DNA of 64,000 nt from Eledone cirrhosa. Lineage: Eukaryota. This document shows, in pieces, positions 55,276 to 64,000 of the stretch. Location: positions 113,274,001 through 113,338,000 of the forward strand of contig OZ024745.1 in the NCBI GenBank assembly GCA_964016885.1, written 5' to 3'. Each line of letters starts with the position of its first letter. The first letter of the stretch is position 1. A model generated the notes under the pieces. The model was not told the DNA's origin, did no database searches, and saw only the letters and a list, made by a program, of their open reading frames with translations. The translations under genes and the position numbers were made by a program.

Positions 55276-55827
55276 GTTTGCAACACAAACAAGAGACATG
55301 TAGTTAACAGTTACAAAGATTATTCAATATGGACATTTTGATCATGCATCCAGATGCCACGTTTTATATTCCACTAATAGAAATGTTTCGAATTCACAAA
55401 TTAGAAATTACTGCTACAGTTGGCTGTCACATAATATTTCATTGCAAAATAGATATATAAATATTTTTATTGTGACATCTGCATCTGTAATATAACCTAT
55501 TTATGCATGAAACGGCCGTGGTATATATTAGCTCTCCTAAATTATTTTCGCCACTTCAGAATTCAGGAAAAGATCAATATTTGAATATTTCAAAGCATAA
55601 AAGAAAATGAAAATATTTATCTATTTCATTGATAGCCATTTATTTTCCTATTGAGTGTATTTATATTTTCCTAATGATCAATACATCACCATTTAACGAT
55701 TATCTTTCCGTTTTTCTGATTTTGATATTCAAAATCATATACGTAGTTACATGTATACCCAAACACAATTACAGGCCCCCCCACACATACATGCAAGCAC
55801 CCACGCACGCACACATATGGAAACATC

Positions 55828-55913
<86 letters not shown>

Positions 55914-56224
55914 CATCGCATTTCTTTATTTCCTTCTTCCAGTTACTTCAATGTGCCAACACACATCTTCTTGTCCCCTTCCTCTTTCGATTTTTTCTAA
56001 TATTTCATCAGCCAGTAACCCTTCTAGATTGTCTCTCTGTTTGACAGCTTTTAGTTACTCTAGCGGTTGTTCTAGCAATGAATGAGGCTTCTCATATATA
56101 TATATATATAAATTTAAAACCAAAACTGAATACTAACCAATACTTATTACTAATTTTTACTTATTCCTAATTAGACTATTTTTCACTGGGAACAATTTGT
56201 CAGTATTTTCTTTTCCTTTTACCA

Positions 56225-56272
<48 letters not shown>

Positions 56273-56827
56273 GTGTGTGTATGTATGTAGGTTATCTTTC
56301 GGAAGCCGCTTCAACTTAAAAATGGTTGTAAATATTAGGGTAACAATATCGAGTGAAGAAACAGAGAGATGAGTTTCATCGGAGAAATGGAAGGAAAAGA
56401 AAAAAGGAAGAAAAACGAAAAAGAAAAAGGAAAGAAAAAGATACTTATTAGTCTCTATATTTCGAACTCCAACCCAAACTACACAAAAACCTTTGCAACA
56501 TTCTTCGAAGTTTGACAATGAATGTTACGTTCAAAATATACGGACTAATAAATATTTAAAGGAACCAAGAAATACTTCCATTTTTATTAACCAAGAAATA
56601 CTTCCAAAGTAATATTATATCCGGTTCTTTTCTTATTTCCTTTCCCATGTCCTTCACTGAAACGCATTTCTCTGTCCCTTCACCCGATTTTACAACCTCA
56701 ACTGCAATTTCTTAAACATAACCAATTTTTATATTCCACAATGCTTCAGGCAAAATAAAACACTCTTGTGTAAAACACACACAACATACACTCATACAAA
56801 CACATACACACACATGCACGCACGCGT

Positions 56828-56941
<114 letters not shown>

Positions 56942-57236
56942 GTCATCGTTTAATATAAGAAATGCCTTCTACAGGACTAGACCTGTTTCATTCGTATGAA
57001 ATCATCGGGAATAAAACAGTTTTAATCCTGTAGAAGCCATTTCTGTAGTAGATAATAATCCTTACACTCTACTAATGTATTGAGTACCTTTTTTAAATGT
57101 GGTTGCTGCCTGTTATGTAATGCGAAGAAATACCTATGATGGCTAGTAGACCACTGATGACGGATATTCCTGGCTTCTATTTCTAATTCTTCATTTATTA
57201 TATATATACACACATACACACACACACACACACACG

Positions 57237-57288
<52 letters not shown>

Positions 57289-58897
57289 TATATATATGTA
57301 CATATATTGTGTGTGTATGTGTTTATGTAGAGAGAGAGAAAGAGAAAGAGGGAGAGAGAGGTAGAGAGGGGGGGGGAGAAAGAAAGATCTTCATTTCAAC
57401 GGTTACATAGAATTTTCGAATTAGATCTAATTAAGAAATATTTGATGGAATGAAAAAATGAATTAAAAAATCAAACATTCTGTCTCTTGCTATGCTTCCC
57501 ATTGCTACTATCTTCCAGTACATCAGTTATAGTCTGTGGTGTTACGCAAATATAAAAATTTTTGAATTCTTTAGAAACTGTAACTACGATATGAATTTAC
57601 CAGAATTTTATTTTATTTTATTTATTAAAGCAATTAACTGTTGAACAAAATGAGGTTTGTATAAAATATGATTCAACAAATATTACTTTGAAAATTAAAA
57701 TCAGAATTTTATGAAAATGCCTTTATGATATAATTGGTGCAAATCGTAATTAATCTTATATATGATATTTTATATTTAAATACAGACAACAGTATTGGCA
57801 TTCTAGCCGTGCTCCTATAACAAGTTATTAATTTTTTTCGATGCTTTTGTTTAACCAAAGTCTTAATTTCTAACCTCTTAATACTTTAAATAGATACAGA
57901 GGCCCTTCATTCTATGTAGTCGGAAATGAGGCGCCAGACGCAATATTATGCTTTTATACTAATGGCATAAATGTTGTAATGTAAGGAAAATATTTGCTTC
58001 AAACTGCTTTACTGTCTCAGTTTTGGAAATTTTCCGAATTGCTCTATTCTACTTATAGCCTCAATATTTAATTCTATTGACTCTATTGATGAAATAAAAT
58101 ATAAAGTTGTTTTTTTAAGGATAGAAAACCAAGTAATGGCATTTAGTTTTTAGTTGTAACGCTGTCAATAATTCGACTACGGCTTTACTGGAGCAAAAGC
58201 CTCCAAGGTTTTGTCTATATATATATATATATATGTGTGTGTGTATGTATATATACATACATATATGCGCTGTGAGTATGAGTGCGTGTGTTCGTATGTA
58301 TGGGATTCTATTTTTTTTTTTTTTGCTGCGAGGGAAGCATCATAAGTAAAGAAAATTATCGCTATTGCTAAAACTAAGTAGACGGGCAGATTGAACATGT
58401 ATTTATCGTTCTAGTTCTATGGCAATCTACAGTAGATGTGAATTCAATATCAAGTAATTTCTCTTTAAAACCGATTTGTGCATTACCGGAGAAGTTAAAG
58501 AATATTAGCGATGTGTTTTTAAATTCTTTATTTAGGATATTTTGATGCTGCTTAGACTTTTTGTTCGTAATCCAGAATATCACTTAGTTTGTTGTTTGCG
58601 TTGTAAAAAGTGTATCTCCGCTAGATAGGCTCACAATATTATAGCTGTTTCTATTTCAAATGCTTAAAGTACACATCGTTTTCACTTATGCCTATTTATT
58701 TTTTTATTTGTTGTTATTTTCAATATATTAACCGTTATTCATATTTTGTTTCGTTTTCTGATGAATATATTACCCAAACTCTGCAATATATATATATGAA
58801 TTTTGGATTACGTCATATTCTGATAAGATACACATACTCCTATATATATATGAAACAGTTCTAGTCATGTAGAAGCCATTTCTATATTAATATATAT

Positions 58898-59112
58898 CGA
58901 CAGTCGATTAACTTTCGTCAAATCGGACCGAGGAAACAATGTTTCCGTTGGTCTTTCCAATTGCTAATACTATCTATCGGTCGCAACTCCAAGTAGAAGG
59001 AGCAACGTGAAATAAAGTGTCTTATTCAAGAACATAGCACATCACACACGGTCCAGGAATCGAACTCACAACCTCACGATTGCGATTCCAATTCTCTCAC
59101 CACTCAGCCACG
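58898..59112 (-). mobile_element. SINE S2 inserted between family A arms
   Basis: Reverse-complement homolog of 29944-30156. Confidence 0.85.
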
Positions 59113-61565
59113 CTATATATTAATATAGAAATGGCTTCTACATTACTAGAATTGTTTCCTTCGAATGAAATAGCTCTAGTCCTGTAGAAGCCATTTCTAC
59201 ATTAAAAAGAAATTATATTCTGTTATGTATTGAGTACGTTACTAACTGTCGTTACCCCCGATTGAACCCGAGATACACACACACATATGCATATGTATAT
59301 ATCTATATATTTTTTGTATATATATATCATTTTTTAAACTCTTAACCATCAATTGTTAATCATTTTTCTGAATATTTTATGTTCAATATTGAACCCTTAT
59401 TTATAACACTTATCTATACATCTTCCCATTTATTTTTATACATTTTAAAAGTTTTTAAATGTTAATTCTGAACTTTTTAATTTTCAATGTGGGATTTCTA
59501 GAACCTAGCATTAATTTATCTATCCAGTTATGTTGATGGGGATTTAAACAATAATTCACTGATCTAAACAATAATCGACCGGTTTTGCGGTTAACGTGAT
59601 GATATGCTATGCTCTCTCAATTCGGAGAAGTAGTGGCTCTAGCTGGATCGATTCTCTGAGTGGATTGAATGTAACTACAGGGTTATAAGAACGGAGAGAT
59701 ATTTGAAATGATATGATTTGGTTGGTGTTTAGTAATTTATATGAATATTTCCAGAAAAATCTTGAAATAACTTATCAATTATTTCATTTGCTGGTGGTAA
59801 ATATGCGAGGTGAAATTATTGGGATTCAATTAAAAAAAGTGCTCCATAGGTTTTGACAAGTATAATTATTCTCTCTTTGGTTTGAATTGTTTCGAAGTAT
59901 ATTATCGTTAAGTACCGATGTGAATTCTGATACGGAATTGTGATGTTGAATAACTGATATCTATATTTTTTCCATTGAATACTTGAAGTTTGTTATCCCT
60001 GAGGCAACTACTGCATGAATAACTGCATAGGATATTAAGTCAAAATAAATGAAGAAATAGGAAGGTCTACATTACATCAACGAGAGAGAAAATGTATATT
60101 AAGAGCCCAAGAAATATCACATCGTAAACCACATCAATTACGAATAGAAAGTCAGTTAATACTAACTTGAAATATAGTATAAACATTTTTCTGTCTTTTT
60201 TCGGAACTACATGTAGAGCACAAAAGGTATCCTACATCGCTTGACTGGTCGTCATATTGTCTTTTGTTAAAAAAAATAGGACAAAATATCGAATTACTGT
60301 CGATACTCTCTGCTCTGAGTCTCTTTACGATTGCATGTTGAGAATTCAAACATTTTACATGCGAAAAGCATCACGCAAATATATATTTTATACCACCTCA
60401 TAATAGGCGCGAGTGTGTGTGTTGCAGTGTCCTTGTATGTGTGTGTGTGTATTTGTGTGTGTGTGTGTATATGTGTGTGTATACAGCCACACACATGAAA
60501 TATTTCACATACAGCTTCCAATGTGTACATTGACTTCATTAGCCTAGTATATCAAGATTTGGCATGTTGTGACCTAATATTTGAGCTACTTGCAACCAAA
60601 GACCGTTCAAATGTTTTTTTGCTAATATTGCATCAATTGCATCAAACCAAAGAAGCTGTAACCTCGTTAGCGATGTAGCAATTACTTTATTCACTTAATT
60701 ATTCAGATTTATTATTCGATTTAGAATTTAGTCTTTTTACACATACCTCTGTCATATCTATGTTAAAGCGTTTCCTGCTTCCTTCTGCATTTATGAATTA
60801 CTGCCTTGATAGCCTTCTTCAGTTAAATGTTAGTTAGGTAAGATATTTTAAATGTCGCAACAAGCCTACGACCACGCCACATTCACTGGAAACAGTCTCC
60901 AGATTCATCCCCGTGCCTAATAAATGCAATCGTTATATAGTATACAAGTTCCTTTATGTGCTCATTTTATATTGTCTTTAAAGGTTTATACTAACTGATA
61001 AGTCATAGGTATGTTTTCACTATTGAAGTGTGGTTTGAAACCACAAACAATTCTACCAAATCTACCTGGGTTTATTTGATTCTCCTTTGTTTAATATTCT
61101 GCATCGTCATTTCCAATGGTCAGTGTAGAAAAGATCATTGCGTTCATGGTGTTGATTCTCATAATAGCGATGATGTATTTCTCGTGTACTGCACCAGTAT
61201 GGATATTGATAATTTGCTTATGCCGCTTAGCAGGGTGTAAGCTGTTAGAACATACTAAACATTTTGGCGCATCCTCGAAGATAACAATGTGGTGTAAATG
61301 GAAATCACATGGAACACGAACACAAGGAGAATCACAATTATATTAATACGCAGAACAAAAAAGCACTACTTTAGGATTCAAGGTCCACTTATGGACATCT
61401 CAAGAACCCGATGACGAGGTTATGAGTTTTACAGCTTCTTCGTGCATTCTGCACTACCGTGTACAGTCTGAAGAGATGGGCATAACTGGACCATGAAAGT
61501 TAAGTTAGCGCCATTTTTTGTGTATGAACACACACAAACATGTATGCGTGTATCTATAATGATAA

Positions 61566-61962
61566 TAATTGTTTCTACTTTAGGCACAAGGCCAGCAATT
61601 ATCCCAGTGTATTACTGGTACTTTATTTTATCGACCCCGTAAGGATGAAAGGCAAAGTCAACCTCGGCGGGATTTGAACTCAGATCGTAAAGGGACGTAA
61701 CTATGCTGGAAAGCATGGCGTCCGACTCTCTACCGATACTGCTAATCCACTGCCCTAATAAAATAATAATAATAATTGTTTCTACTTTTGGCACAAGGCC
61801 AGCAATTACCCAGTGCATTACTGGTACTTTATTTTATCGACCCCGTAAGGATGAAAGGCAAAGTCAACCTCGGCGGGATTTGAACTCAGATCGTAAAGGG
61901 ACGTAACTATGCTGTAAAGCATGGCGTCCGACTCTCTACCGATACTGCTAATCCACTGCCCT
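61566..61962 (-). mobile_element. tandem SINE S1 pair
   Basis: Two copies (61566-61756, 61773-61962) sharing private variants. Confidence 0.9.
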
Positions 61963-62036
61963 AATAAAATAATAATAATAATAATAATATATAAGGGAAC
62001 AAATAATCAGTGTTGCATCATATACATATTTAATTG

Positions 62037-62126
62037 CATATTACATATGTTTCACTGCCGATCAGCTAGAGGAACGATCGATTAATAATCGAACCTGACT
62101 CTGGAATCGGAAGCTCCTCACATATG
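62037..62126 (-). ncRNA. hammerhead motif with a C3G core substitution (probably inactive)
   Basis: CATAT-GTGAGGA-GCTTCCGAT...ATCGGCAGT-GAAA-CATATG-TA^-ATATG. Confidence 0.55.
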
Positions 62127-62194
62127 TGTTAACATGTAGACTCGTGTCTATATATGTATATATAATGAATGAATAAATAAATGGATCATTTAAT

Positions 62195-62268
62195 TGATTT
62201 ACACGCGTTTCATTCAAATACAGAAGGAGGTAGCATTTTATTCCTCGGTAATGAATTCTTCAGAAGTA
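62195..62268 (-). ncRNA. hammerhead motif, intact core but weak stem I
   Basis: TT-CTGAAGA-ATTC...GAAT-GAAA-CGCGTG-TA^-AA; lies in an inverted-repeat element 62190-62365. Confidence 0.45.
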
Positions 62269-62581
62269 TAGAATAATACAAAAAAGCTGTCCAAATGTCT
62301 CCTAACACGAAACAATGCTACTTCCTTCTGTATCAGAAAGATACGCGCGTGAATCAATAAAATAATGTATTAAACCTTGGTTATTTATTTAATCATTTTA
62401 TATATGCCCTGTGGCATCATAAAACCACTAAAACTGTAAATTTACTAATTAGATTAAACTATGAACTGTCTTTTGCCAATCAACTGTGGATAATAAAATC
62501 ACATTCGAGCTTTGAATATCTCTTTGCCTTATATATTTATATTATCCACTCATCTAATCTACTTTATACATATATGTAGGC

Positions 62582-62628
<47 letters not shown>

Positions 62629-62709
62629 TATACAGTGGCGGACTGGGTCTTGAAATATTGGTTGCCAGGAGATGAAGGGGACCTACCTACATATAGAATG
62701 CTGTACTAT

Positions 62710-63660
<951 letters not shown>

Positions 63661-63680
63661 GTAGGTTTATAATTATTATA

Positions 63681-64000
63681 TCTTTTAGACTCCAGATATA
63701 AGCTTATATCTGGAGTCTAAAAGACGACCGCATCCAATATAGGTTACACTGGGAGATCCTAGCCGAGGCTAGATCGTATAACAGAAATAAAGGACCATGC
63801 GATCTTTGCGCCGCTGAAGCCCTGGAAATACTCTACGGCAATGCCCACATCTTAAGCAGAAAATCTGAGATATTTTCGGCTTGTAAACACAAATTGCATA
63901 AAACTTTCCTGTATTACAGCCCTACATTATACCCTAACGGATAGTACGAACAATACGCGAATAACTTCCGTCTTGATGTGGTAGCAAAGTATATTTTATG
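63681..64000 (+). mobile_element. 5'-truncated Penelope-like element with 5' fold-back, running off the window end
   Basis: 44-bp perfect palindrome at 63681-63724 followed by a GIY-YIG C-terminal coding frame. Confidence 0.8.
63705..63944 (+). pseudogene. Penelope GIY-YIG endonuclease C-terminal fragment (open frame, no start codon)
   Basis: YIWSLKDDRIQYRLHWEILAEARSYNRNKGPCDLCAAEALEILYGNAHILSRKSEIFSACKH: the 'YIW.LK..W.I..A..Y..C.LC..E..I..L..E..C.H' pattern of PLE endonucleases. Confidence 0.8.

Overview
AT-rich eukaryotic (metazoan) genomic DNA, most likely a coleoid cephalopod such as Octopus; this is inferred from the SINE families and microsatellite load and is not proven. I found no intact protein-coding gene, and nearly all ORFs in the track are artefacts of (TA)n/(CA)n/(TACA)n repeats. 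The window is a transposon graveyard: about 20 copies of a young tRNA-derived SINE, other SINEs, a Tigger/pogo and a mariner relic, an RTE LINE with a 5' inversion, Tx1- and R4-like LINE fragments, Helitron ends, a MITE and a Penelope-like GIY-YIG fragment. The main signal missing from the ORF track is a dense set of type I hammerhead ribozyme motifs: about 9 with intact or near-intact cores and about 10 mutated or half copies. They come from many unrelated short elements sitting in (TA)n tracts (Penelope pseudo-LTR/retrozyme-like). Many are fold-back palindromes whose axis falls inside a ribozyme helix, and several families share an ACTCT...ATYGAG 3' motif. A few exon-like segments with good splice sites but stop codons suggest a lncRNA or a decayed gene.
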